A stretch of 63,348 bases of DNA, filler included, from Circinaria calcarea (lineage: Eukaryota), in the NCBI GenBank assembly GCA_051942165.1. It is 9 parts of 9 records of this genome, joined end to end, with 100 filler letters (N's around TTAATTAATTAA, not from the genome) between each part and the next. Parts side by side here need not be neighbours in the genome. Positions count along the whole stretch, not along the records: positions 21,196 to 28,155 come from JAVECS010001449.1; positions 28,256 to 35,212 come from JAVECS010001450.1; 7 more parts are not named here. One strand, 5' to 3'. A program made the position numbers and the translations under genes. The notes under the pieces were generated by a model. The model worked only from the letters and a program-made list of their open reading frames with translations. It was not told the DNA's origin and did not search any database. Positions 25,353 to 35,312 of this stretch are shown here, piece after piece (position 1 is the first letter of the stretch; every line of letters begins with the position of its first letter).

Positions 25353-26882
25353 TCGTAGCGCTTGGAGTCCTCGTACATGCTTTAGATACCCAGCAATTGC
25401 ACCGCAGCCGCAGTCTGTATACCCAATGAGAACGCAAGCGATGCGCAGGGTGTCACGATGATGATGATGATGCCTGCAGTGTGCAGATGCGGTGAGCCTA
25501 TCGGTAAGAGTCCTGGTCGCGTATCACTCGATAAGAGATTGGGAGGAACCCAAGGACACGGACCTCCATTTCAATGTCCAAACCTCTTTCCTTCATATTC
25601 AATGTTGAGTCGAGTGTCAGTCGGTCAGTCCATCGCACAAGATTCACTGCCGCCGGTTTGCATCTCTTCTCGGCTCGATTTGGTCTTCCCGTAGTCCGAG
25701 GGGGCGGCGTGAGGGAGAAATGGCGTCGTCGGCCAGGGTCTTCTCAATGAGCAATGTCAGTGGTATATCTCCCTTTTCCTCCATCACCCGTCACATTTCA
25801 CGTCTCGAAGAGTTTCCATGAAGCGCATCGGCCCTGCAACGATCTATGACAAAGGCTCCCACATTCGGGATTTTCAATTTCCTTTTATATTCGTTGCATC
25901 GGTCCCGATTGCGAGAACAAAGTCGGCCATTTGAGAAAGAGGCAAATGGGAGCTTGGGTGTCCTTCAGAGTTGACGTGGGAGGAGGATTCCGTCGCGAGA
26001 AAGCGGGTCAGCCTTTGTGTATCTTGGATTTTGCTCGGGATGGTGGGGGAGTACTGTAGGGCCTCTATCCAACTTTGGGGGAGAAGGCAAAGGGATCTTG
26101 GTCGTGCTTCGAGGAGAAGAAAATCATGTTGCTACCCATCCTCCAGGTGCGGCCCGCTGTCACAGCAATTGAGGACGATACCCCCGGGGTCGGAGCTCCC
26201 TTGTCGCTTGCTGGACATTTTATTTAGGGATGTGCCCTCCGACCGGGGCTGCTTCGGCCATACGGTATCGCCCGTCGGCGACAAATGGTCGAGGCTGCGC
26301 CTAAGGACGGAACTCGCCAAGCGCATTCTTGAGGGACAATGGATCATCCCAACCAAAGGAAGCAGAAGGTCCCTGATACTCCGGACCACTTTTCTCGGGA
26401 ATCGATTGCGGGGTCGGGCCAGCACTATTCTGCCAGATCCGGCTATTCGCGTGGCCCCGGCGAAAAGAAACCGGGGAAGCCACCGAATGTTTGTTTGGAT
26501 TTCGTCAGCAGAGCCGTCGATCTTTTCTGAATAACTTCCATTCGACAACGTGCGACGTCGGAAGAGCCTCGGTCTGCCCTTTTCAAATGCCACCGTCAAG
26601 AGCAAGGCGCCTCTATATACGTACCCGAGTGCCCTTGGATGTGCCAGGTCCATAAGGACAAGAAAGGACCCAGGCACAGTGCCGTCGCACCTCACGTGTT
26701 CTCGTCAATGTACCTTGTGTTGAGCATTGCTACATAAAGACTTGTCTGCAGGACTCATTCTGCCTCACCGCTTTGCTTCGCATGCCAACGCTGCAGGGAG
26801 CCACCTTCATTTTCCACTACATATCCTTCGCCCTCAGCTCTTGCAAGATTACACGTGACCTAGAGACCAACCAGACACACCG

Positions 26883-28155
26883 ATGGCGCTATCTCGTACT
26901 ATCACTAACGAAAAGGGGGTTCAGGTCGAGGACACGCGCATTGCCGTGGTTATGGTTGGTCTGCCAGCTCGAGGGAAGAGTTTGATTGCGCAAAAAGGTA
27001 ACTCGTGCTCAGCATATGATCCTCAACCATGGCTGATCCATGCTCTCATCCAGTCGTTCGGTACCTTGGATGGCTCTCGATACCCGCCAAAACCTTCAAT
27101 GTCGGCTCCTACCGACGCCAAGATACCCCTCAACCGACGGCAGACTTCTTTGACACCAAAAATTCAGAAGGGGAGCGCCTTCGTCATGCTGCGGCTGAGG
27201 CTGCCGTGACGGACATGATCAAGTGGTTCGATGACGGGAAGGGGATAGTGGCTATCTTGGACGCGACGAATTCCACCAAAGCACGCCGTCGCTGGGTTCG
27301 TCAGCGCTGCCAAGCAGCGAATATCGAGACTTTGTATGTAGAGTCAAAGTGTGATGATGAAGCCTTGATCATGAGCAACATACTGGAGGTCAAAACAACC
27401 TCGCCGGACTACAAAGGACAGGATCCAGAGGTTGCCGCGCAAGATTTCCTTAATCGGATCCGCAACTATGAGAAGGTGTATCAAACAATCGACGAAGACG
27501 AGAAGGATCTGACCTACGCCAAGCTCATCAATGTTGGCAGGCAAGTCATCATCAACAACATAAAAGACTACCTCCAAAGTCGTGTGGTCTATTATCTCAT
27601 GAATCTGCACATTAAACCACGGTCCATATGGCTTTCACGTGTAAGTCATGTTACACCACCGTCTTGTGCCCCGGCTAATGTCCTTCCCCAGCACGGCGAA
27701 TCGGAGTATAATCTGCAGGGAAAAATCGGCGGGGATGCCAACATCTCACCACGTGGAGAACTTTACGCACGAGCGCTCCCCTCTCTCGTCGCCAAATCTG
27801 TCCCGCCTGATGTCGCCCTCACCATCTGGACCTCCACTCTGCGTCGTACCATCCAAACTGCCCGCTTCCTCGCCGCGTCCGACAAGAACTATACGAAGCT
27901 CGAATGGAAGGCCTTGGACGAACTCGACTCGGGCGTCTGCGACGGTCTCACATACCAAGAAATCGCCGAACGCTACCCCGAGGATTTCGCGGCCCGCGAC
28001 GAGGACAAGTACAACTACCGCTACCGGGGCGGCGAATCGTACCGCGATGTCGTCATCCGCTTGGAGCCCATCATCATGGAGCTGGAGAGGAGCGAGAATG
28101 TGATTATTGTCACGCATCAGGCGGTCCTGAGGTGCATCTACGCCTACTACATGAA
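26883..28155 (+). CDS. FBP26: 6-phosphofructo-2-kinase/fructose-2,6-bisphosphatase; 3' end truncated
   Basis: MVGLPARGKS Walker A, FNVGSYRR, DATNST, intron-split SR|HGES phosphatase motif, YRGGESYRD, HQAVLRC. Confidence 0.93.
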
Positions 28156-28255
28156 NNNNNNNNNNNNNNNNNNNNNNNNNNNNNNNNNNNNNNNNNNNNT
28201 TAATTAATTAANNNNNNNNNNNNNNNNNNNNNNNNNNNNNNNNNNNNNNNNNNNN
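28156..28255. other. Artificial contig spacer
   Basis: Same linker. Confidence 0.99.
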
Positions 28256-28277
28256 CTTAAATAACATCACCAAAATG

Positions 28278-28612
28278 TGATACATATAGCTTTACCATAT
28301 TTAGAGAGTAAATGCTTTTAGGAAAGTCCGGAGCCTTATTGGTTTATGCATATTTGTAATAACAATTTATATTATTACAAATATACAAGGGTAAAAACCT
28401 AGGTATTTAACAGAAAATAAAAATTATATTTCTTTCATTTTATTTTTTTGGTTTATTAACCAAAAAATAAAAAAATAAAATAATAAAGAAAAAAGATAAA
28501 GAGAAAGCTCTTTTCTCCTTACTTAGTATTATATAATGGCGAAATTTAAAGCCTAAACCAGGCCTTTATTTAGATTCATATCTATTAACAGAAACCGGCT
28601 TATATGTGTTCA
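28278..28612 (+). ncRNA. rnpB: Mitochondrial RNase P RNA
   Basis: CR-I GGAAAGTCCGG (28321-28331) and CR-V ACAGAAACCGGCTTA (28588-28602) can form P4 (AAG-U-CCGG with CCGGCUU). The ends pair as P1 (TGATACATATA / TATATGTGTTCA). A CR-II-like ACAGAAA lies near 28410, with AT-rich hairpins in between. Confidence 0.85.
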
Positions 28613-29153
28613 AAAAAAAATAATTACTTTTTTTATCCTCTTTTCAAATATGAATAAAGGATTAGATATTCCTTTTTTATTTTTTTATTAGGTGCCATAT
28701 CCCCTTTTTTAATATATGCACTCATATCATAGAACATGATGTTTAAAATATTTACTTCTAAACTTAATTAGAATCTTAAGTTAATACACTTAATCCTCTA
28801 TTGCTTCAATTATGAAATGAGTCTCTACATATCCATAAAAAAAGTAAATTTTATACGATTATCTCTTCATTATGTTCTAAAAAGAGACAAAAAAGTCTTT
28901 TGCTATCATTAGAAATAGCAAAGTTTTAAGATTACTAATTAGAAATATTTTTATTCTAACATTAATGTTATTATTAATAAGACTAAATTGGATAAAGGTG
29001 TTAAAGTCTGAAAGATTATTTAAAGGGTATTTGTTTAAAATAAAACATCCTAAAGGTTAATTTCTAAATTACATTAGTATTGGATTAGATTAATTCATTT
29101 TTTTTTTGGAAATAATAAAGAAAGAAAATTCTTTATAAAGTAAATATATAATT

Positions 29154-29240
29154 GAGTTTGATGATGGCTCTGAATGAACGCTGTCCAAGTGCTTGACACA
29201 TGCTAATCGTACGTCTAATTTTATTAATTTTAATTTAGTA
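29154..29240 (+). rRNA. rns: 5' fragment only (about 85 nt) of mitochondrial small-subunit rRNA
   Basis: GAGTTTGATGATGGCTCTGAATGAACGCTGTCCAAGTGCTTGACACATGCTAATCG matches the conserved SSU 5' end. The expected downstream GGTGAGTAA block and the rest of rns are absent. Confidence 0.85.
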
Positions 29241-29575
29241 ATATGGTATGTCTAAATGCAAATCTAAAATTTAGAGAGATCTACCGGTTTTTGGTTTTAA
29301 AATAGTTAAGCTGAACATTAGAGGTTACTTTTTAGAGAGACTGTGCTTTCTTCTCACCAAGGTGATACGGTTATTTACTGTTATTATCTCTGTATAAAGA
29401 CTGTGTTTAGTCGAAAAAAGGATATTTTATTATTTTTTTTCTTACTAATTAATTTTATACGCATTTGGATATTTTCTTATATATTCTAAACCAAAAGAGT
29501 TACATCAGCAATAGAGGGTTAGGGGTCTATTTAGAGATAATATTTCTATACACTAGACTACCAAATTTACTCTTG

Positions 29576-29589
29576 GCTACGAGAGGGAT
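29576..29589 (+). rRNA. rnl: 14-nt rnl exon piece immediately before the mL2449 intron
   Basis: GCTACGAGAGGGAT resembles the fungal mt LSU GCTACGCTAGGGAT (E. coli 2436-2449) and can pair with the intron guide sequence GTCCT (P1, with a U.G pair). Confidence 0.65.
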
Positions 29590-31615
29590 TAAATGTTAGT
29601 CCTCCATTGTTTATATTATTCTTCGGAGAAGAAGATAAACTATTGTAAACATTTGGGTAAATTTAAAGAAAAACTTCTTTTTTATCTAATAGGATAACAA
29701 GTATATTTGAAGCGAAATTTACTTGAGCATCTTTTTTATATCTTTAATTAAATATCTTAAAAGAAAAGAAGTAAGAACGTTCAACGACTAGAAGGTGAGT
29801 ATTGCTAGCAATAACCTTTTACTAATGCCCAACATCTTTAGAATCAAACTATCTAAAATATATTGGATATATCTTAAAGATTTAAAATTTAAAATATTAA
29901 GATATATCTGTAGAATAATTAATATTGTTAAATCAATATTAGTGAAAGAGACTAAACTAATAAATTAAAAGTTTAGCTAAGGACAAAATGCTATCTAATT
30001 TAATCTAATGGCTAGAGTCCATTTTGGAAAAAAAAAATTAACATGTTAAATATTTTCAATTTAAAACTAAAAAACAACAAACCAGCTATTGTAGAGCATA
30101 AAGGTAATGATCTAGGTCGAACTAGACACTATCCTCCCGCGATTAAAGAGTGATTTAATAGTATTTATGCTTTTAATAAGAATACATCTAAGTTACTACC
30201 AACCGCGGACAAAGTTATAATCAAGTTAATAAAAAATTATTTTAACTTATTTAGCCGTAAATTAGAAAGAAAAATAAAATCTCGTCGTATACGTCGTTGA
30301 ATGAGAAGATTATCCACCAACAGAATACTAGTAAGTAGAGCAGAATTAAAGCATACTAGTGATAAAGTAAATATTACTTTGTATATTTATAACAGACAAA
30401 AGAGATATTTCCTTAATAAAGAAAAAAGAATCGCGACACTAAGGTTATTAAATAAAATACAATTTTCAAGAAAAATGAAATTGCTAAAAATTAAAGCTTC
30501 GAATGTTATTTCCAAGGTTAGAAAAGAAAAAGATCTCTTGCTTAATACCAAAACACTTAGATGAGAAAATGACAACTTTAAAAATCATGAAATGAATTAT
30601 TATGCAAGCTTTTTGAAAAAATCTTTCGAAAAAGAGATGCTATTTATGTATCTTAAACAGATTATATCTTTTAATAAATTTAAATTTGAAAATACTTATC
30701 TATTACCACTTAAAAGCTTAATAGAGAAAGTATATAATAAAAAAGTAGAGTTTAATCTAGTAAATATAAAATATTTACATTTAAATAGTGATATCTTTTC
30801 TGGAATCTTAGCTATAAAACTAAGAAATAGAAAAAATAAACTCTTAAGAGTTTTAAAAGCTTCTATAAGAAAGGTTAAATTACCATCTTTAAATAAATTA
30901 GCTATCTTAGATGAAGTATATAATAGACAAAAAAAAGCACAAAATTTAAAGATTAAAGATTTAATATCTCATCCTTTATTTTTAAAAGCAAAAATACAAA
31001 ACAATGATGCTCTAGATCAAATATTGGTAAACTTTTTTAAATTAAATGTTCAAAATGAATTTAAGAGTGATTTAGAAAATACTGTTTTAAATTCTATTAA
31101 ACATATACCTGTAAGTGGTATAAGGATAGAAGCTTCAGGTAGATTGACTAGACGAATTACTGCTGCAAGATCTGTTTTCAAGGTTAAGTATCTAGGTAAT
31201 TTAAAAAACATGGATTCTTCTTATAAAGGATTTTCATCCGTTATGTTAAGAGGTCATGTTAGATCTAACCTACAACATACAAAGTTAAACAATAAAACCC
31301 GTATTGGAGCTTTTGGAATAAAAGGCTGAATAAGCAGTATTTAAGTAACCAAAAAATAACTTTAAACCTTTTTAATCTCTTTTAATTTTTATTTTTTCTT
31401 TGACTTAAAAAAAAAAAGTATAAAAAAACCAAAAAAGAATTTCGAGAAGATAAAAGTATTTATTAAGAAATAAACACGTATTAAAGTTAACTTATTATTT
31501 TTTTTCGCTTTGCAATTAATTTAGATAGTTAGTAAAAAAAGATGAAGAAATAGTCTGAACCACCTTGTGAAAGGTGGAAATAAAGGATAAAGAGCCTTTA
31601 TGATAACAAATTTTG
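29590..31615 (+). mobile_element. Group IA intron at LSU position 2449 (mL2449) hosting rps3
   Basis: IGS TGTTAGTCCT (P1, and P10 with the 3' exon AACA); P3 TTGGG 29653 / CCCAA 29828; P AATTTAAAGAAA; Q ATTTGAAGC; R GTTCAACGACTAG 29779; S AAGAAATAGTC 31545 (P7 GACTA/TAGTC); terminal G 31615 followed by AACAGGCTAAT. Confidence 0.88.
30043..31344 (+). CDS. rps3: Mitochondrial ribosomal protein S3 (S5/Var1 family), 433 aa, genetic code 4
   Basis: One open frame when TGA=Trp (four in-frame TGA at 30151, 30298, 30562, 31327): GRTRHYPPAIKEWFNSIY, AELKHTSDKVNITLYIYNR, SGIRIEASGRLTRR, RIGAFGIKGWISS. Confidence 0.95.
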
Positions 31616-32155
31616 AACAGGCTAATTGCGCCAGAGAGTTCAAATTGAGTGCGCAGTTTGGCACCTCGATGTCGGCTTAGCTTATCCACATGAATGCAGG
31701 AATCATGAAGGGTGGGACTGTTCGTCCATTAAAAAGCTACACGAGCTGGGTTAAATACGTCGTAAGACAGTATGGTTTCTATCTTCTAGAGGAAATTAGA
31801 GTAAAATAAGGATAGCTCCTTCGTACGAAAGGAGTTGGAGATGTTAACCTCTGGTTTACCTGTTGTTTGTGCGCCCAATATTAATGTCAAAAGTAATTTT
31901 TTGATAGACCGGATATTAACATGTTTGGCAGGGTTGTTACTTCCCACTAAAGTAAAGTTTACCACATGCACGGCAGGAAGGCTAAGTTAGCTAAAGATAA
32001 GTGCTGAATGCATATAGGTACGAAACTTACCTTAAGATACTCTTAAATATACGTAGTTTAACACTACGATTTTAGATTTAGATTATTATCTAGATCTTAT
32101 TAATAGGCTTTAGTTGAAAGATTTTTAATTTTTTTAGGCATAAAGTACTAATTTC
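31616..32155 (+). rRNA. rnl: Mitochondrial large-subunit rRNA, 3' exon (part of domain V and domain VI); 3' end approximate
   Basis: AACAGGCTAAT, GTTTGGCACCTCGATGTCGGCT, GAGCTGGGTTAAATACGTCGTAAGACAG, a sarcin-ricin-like GTACGAAAGGA, GATAAGTGCTGAATGCATATA. Confidence 0.93.
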
Positions 32156-32212
32156 TTATTCTACTAAATAATACACTTATCATTATATTATATTTTAAAC
32201 AATAAGTTGTAA

Positions 32213-32283
32213 GCCTGGTTAGCATAAAAGTAATGCAACCGTTTTGTAATCGGTCGAAGTAAGTGCAATACTTGCACTGGGCT
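32213..32283 (+). tRNA. trnT: tRNA-Thr(UGU)
   Basis: Acceptor GCCTGGT/ACTGGGC; anticodon arm ACCGT-TTTGTAA-TCGGT. Confidence 0.9.
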
Positions 32284-32320
32284 TTTTTGTTTTAAGATTC
32301 TTTTTTTCATATAATTATAA

Positions 32321-32392
32321 GGCCCAATGGTCAAATGGTTAAGACATAACTTTTTCACTGTTAGAGTAGGGATTCGATTTCCCTTTGGGCTA
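32321..32392 (+). tRNA. trnE: tRNA-Glu(UUC)
   Basis: Acceptor GGCCCAA/TTGGGCT; anticodon loop TTTTCAC; T arm with TTCGA. Confidence 0.9.
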
Positions 32393-32445
32393 ATCTCGCT
32401 TATTTTTTATAAATTTAGAATAAACCATCTACGAATCAAATCATA

Positions 32446-32516
32446 TGCGGATTGATGTAATAGTAACATAACTGGCTCATGTCCAGTAAATAGGGGTGCA
32501 ATTCCTCTGTCCGCAC
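32446..32516 (+). tRNA. trnM: tRNA-Met(CAU), probably initiator type
   Basis: Acceptor TGCGGAT/GTCCGCA region; anticodon arm ACTGG-CTCATGT-CCAGT. Confidence 0.88.
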
Positions 32517-32547
32517 TTGAAATAATTCTTTTTCTTCTTAAAAAAAA

Positions 32548-32620
32548 AAGGCTATAGCTTAATTGGTAAAGCAAGCTGCTCATGATAGCTTAGATGAGTG
32601 TTCAAATCATTTTGGCCTTA
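32548..32620 (+). tRNA. trnM: tRNA(CAU), second copy (elongator Met, or Ile if C34 is modified)
   Basis: Acceptor AAGGCTA/TGGCCTT; anticodon arm AGCTG-CTCATGA-TAGCT; T arm GTTCAA. Confidence 0.88.
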
Positions 32621-32741
32621 AGGTTAACATCGACTATGTTGAAGTTAATTAACACATATACAATTTATCTATAAATATAAAGAGATTATTAAAAGATAAA
32701 ATTTAGTGTGTAATAATTTAATAATCTAAACTGCGAGTGCA

Positions 32742-32823
32742 GTCCGAGTGCTGGAATTGGTAGACAGTGCAAATTTAAGCTTTGTTGATGAAAATCGTGA
32801 ACGTTCAAGTCGTTCTTCGGATA
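32742..32823 (+). tRNA. trnL: tRNA-Leu(UAA)
   Basis: Acceptor GTCCGAG/TTCGGAT; D loop GGAATTGGTAGAC; anticodon GCAAA-TTTAAGC-TTTGT; long variable arm. Confidence 0.9.
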
Positions 32824-32960
32824 AGACCCTAAAGGGTCCTCTTAATATTGTATTAAGAAAAATAAAAAGCAGATTAAAATAAAACTATTAACAAAAAAGA
32901 AAATAAAACTATGAATAAAAAAGAAATATTGGCGACTATTACTACCGCTCGCACCTTACC

Positions 32961-33845
32961 TACGGTTATGGTGATCTAGAAAAACAGCAAATATGTACAG
33001 AGAATAAGAATAAAACAGGTATTTACAAATGAACCCACGCTATTTCAGGTAAAAGCTATACTCTTTAAATTTATTTAGTGTGTCTAAAGTGAACCTTCTA
33101 TCGGACTGTCCTTAACTTTTTATTATAAAAAAAAAATATGAAACAAAACAACCCAAAACTATTTTATTATCTTTACGCATTTCATTCCTCTTCCAGACTT
33201 ACTTTTTCCAGCTACTTGGGTGCTACGTTGGGTGCTACGTTGGAGAGAGGTTCTTCTTTGGATTTATCCTAACCTCAATATCATTGAAAGATAGATTTAA
33301 AAATTCTTTCAGTATTTCTTATCTTGAAAGGGAATCCAAGACTAAATACAGCCTTATTTACAGAGCATTACTAAAATACGGTTACTCTAGTTTCAAAGTC
33401 GATATCTTGGAATATTGCGACCGGTCAATTGTTGTCCGGAGGGAGCAATACTACTTGGATAACTTGGAATTAGGATATAACATTTTAAAAGTTGCCAGAT
33501 CTTTAGCAAAATTTAACCCCAGGGCCACCTCTTTTTTTTATGAAAAGATGAGTGTTCTTCTTAGTTTTTTTTATACTTTTTTTTATAAAAAAAAAGTCCA
33601 AGAAAAAAACTAAGAAAAACTAGGACGTACCCGGGATAAAGCTCTTAAGCTAAAGCTATCGGCTAATACACAGGCGCACGCGATAATTGCATCAGAAATT
33701 AGCACAAGAGAAACAAAAGTGTTTACATCCATTAGAAAAACTGCTAAATTTATAGGTATACATTCTTCTTCTCTTGCTAAATGATTAAATAAAAATAATA
33801 TTTATATGGGTCACGGCTTAAAATATTATTGTGTAAAAGAATTAA
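32961..33845 (+). pseudogene. Free-standing GIY-YIG homing endonuclease pseudogene interrupted by insertions
   Basis: Code-4 fragments: ENKNKTGIYKWTHAISGKSY / [insert] / GSSLDLS / LIYRALLKYGYSSFKVDILEYC..REQYYLD..YNILKVA / [insert] / NUMOD1-like VFTSIRKTAKFIGI. Confidence 0.85.
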
Positions 33846-35169
33846 GATTTCTTGATAGAAATTGTGTGGGTTAAACTTTCACCTTGGATATATGAAAAGC
33901 ATGAAATAATTTTTTTTTTATTTTTAGTATTTAAATATAGGTAGAAATATGCATTTTACATTTTTTTTTATAAAAAACGCTGTTGCATATTTAGGATAAT
34001 TTTTTGTATGGAGTGACTACTGGCAATTAAGCCTTCATTTTCCTAAAAAAAAGGCTATAAACCTAATTAGTATAACAGAACACACCTATGCTATAAATTG
34101 GGGCTATACAAAGGCAACTCAGCCAATAGTGCTTGGCGGCCTACTAGGTTTATTTTATATAAAAAACTAAACTATAAGTAAAAGTAATCAGAACGGATAT
34201 TTTACTTCTATTTGAAAACTTGTCTGTTACAACAAGAGTAAAATAAACATCCTTATTAAAGTCTTTTAGTTACAGAAAAAATCTCCTCACCAAACCAATA
34301 TATGTAATGTCACCCCATGTTCACAATATGGATAATCAAAATCCAGGTAGCTTACTGCAGGTGCAGAAGCATTAGGTATAACAAACACAACAAATTAAAA
34401 CATGAATCTAAAATATTCTGTAAACGGATCCTTATTAGTTTAAAATTGAGATCAAGTCTTACTAATTTGCCTGCCTCAGTTTCTAACTTTCATAATTGCC
34501 CCCCCTCTGATCTATATTAGAGTAATAGGAGGTGTATCTACATCTTTATTTAATGATTCCGTCTATCTTTTTTGCTCTAACCTTATACTTTATTTCTTTT
34601 ATTTTAATCTAAACAAGAGTTAACTGTTTAGATTTAGCTTTTTTTTAGAAAGTTTAGAGGCTTTATTACTTTAGATTTACCTTTCTATAGTTTAGCTCTA
34701 GATTACTACTACTCGCCTTCATTTTTCATCACTATAGATTGGGTTTCCATCGCTACAGATTGGTTTTGTTTCAAATAGTAACGTAACGAATATGAAACCT
34801 GTTACTAACTTTAGCTTTACTACGACAAAGAGGATTTATTTTCATTTTATTACTCCTAAGAAAAGTGATGAGAATAATTCTAATTTGAAAGCTTTCGCAT
34901 TATATGCCTTATATGACCCCCTAATGAATTCAAAGGATATTTGCGTGCCTCAGGGCTAATCCTTTAAGAAAGGCTTGGATAGTATTCGCATCAATAAGGG
35001 ATGGATGGATTTTTTTTTTTTATAAATTTACGTTAATATATAAGTAAGGTTAAGACTCATCTAAAAATATAATAATTTAAATAAGGAATCGAGAGTCTCC
35101 CATATAAAACTATTTTTTTTTTTAATCTAGTTATATATTATATATATATTTGTATGTTTTTTAAAAATA

Positions 35170-35205
35170 ACTGTACTTAGCAGGTAAATACCTGCTAAGT
35201 ACAGT
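35170..35205. repeat. Perfect 17-bp inverted repeat (hairpin with 2-nt loop)
   Basis: ACTGTACTTAGCAGGTA-AA-TACCTGCTAAGTACAGT. Confidence 0.95.
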
Positions 35206-35212
35206 AAAGGGG

Positions 35213-35312
35213 NNNNNNNNNNNNNNNNNNNNNNNNNNNNNNNNNNNNNNNNNNNNTTAATTAATTAANNNNNNNNNNNNNNNNNNNNNNNNNNNNNNNN
35301 NNNNNNNNNNNN
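35213..35312. other. Artificial contig spacer
   Basis: Same linker. Confidence 0.99.

Larger units (their letters stand above)
28256..35212. other. Mitochondrial-type DNA contig (mtDNA fragment or NUMT)
   Basis: Very AT-rich; carries rps3 read with TGA=Trp, organellar rRNA sequences, mitochondrial tRNAs, a group I intron and a homing-endonuclease relic. Confidence 0.97.

Noticed and set aside
25971..26695. Overlapping 187-aa ORFs on both strands upstream of FBP26
   Set aside because: No recognisable motifs and Arg/Ser/Pro-rich composition; more likely promoter or 5' UTR sequence.
28620..29575. LAGLIDADG endonuclease or extra group I/II intron remnants around the rns stub
   Set aside because: Only vague short peptide resemblances; I found no LAGLIDADG motif, P7 pair or group II domain V.
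30301..31329. Two separate ORFs or a broken rps3, as shown in the ORF track
   Set aside because: The breaks are TGA codons at Trp positions; genetic code 4 gives one intact ORF 30043-31344.
33900..35160. Additional mitochondrial genes or plasmid-derived polymerase fragments
   Set aside because: No long open frame or recognisable motif was seen on either strand by eye.
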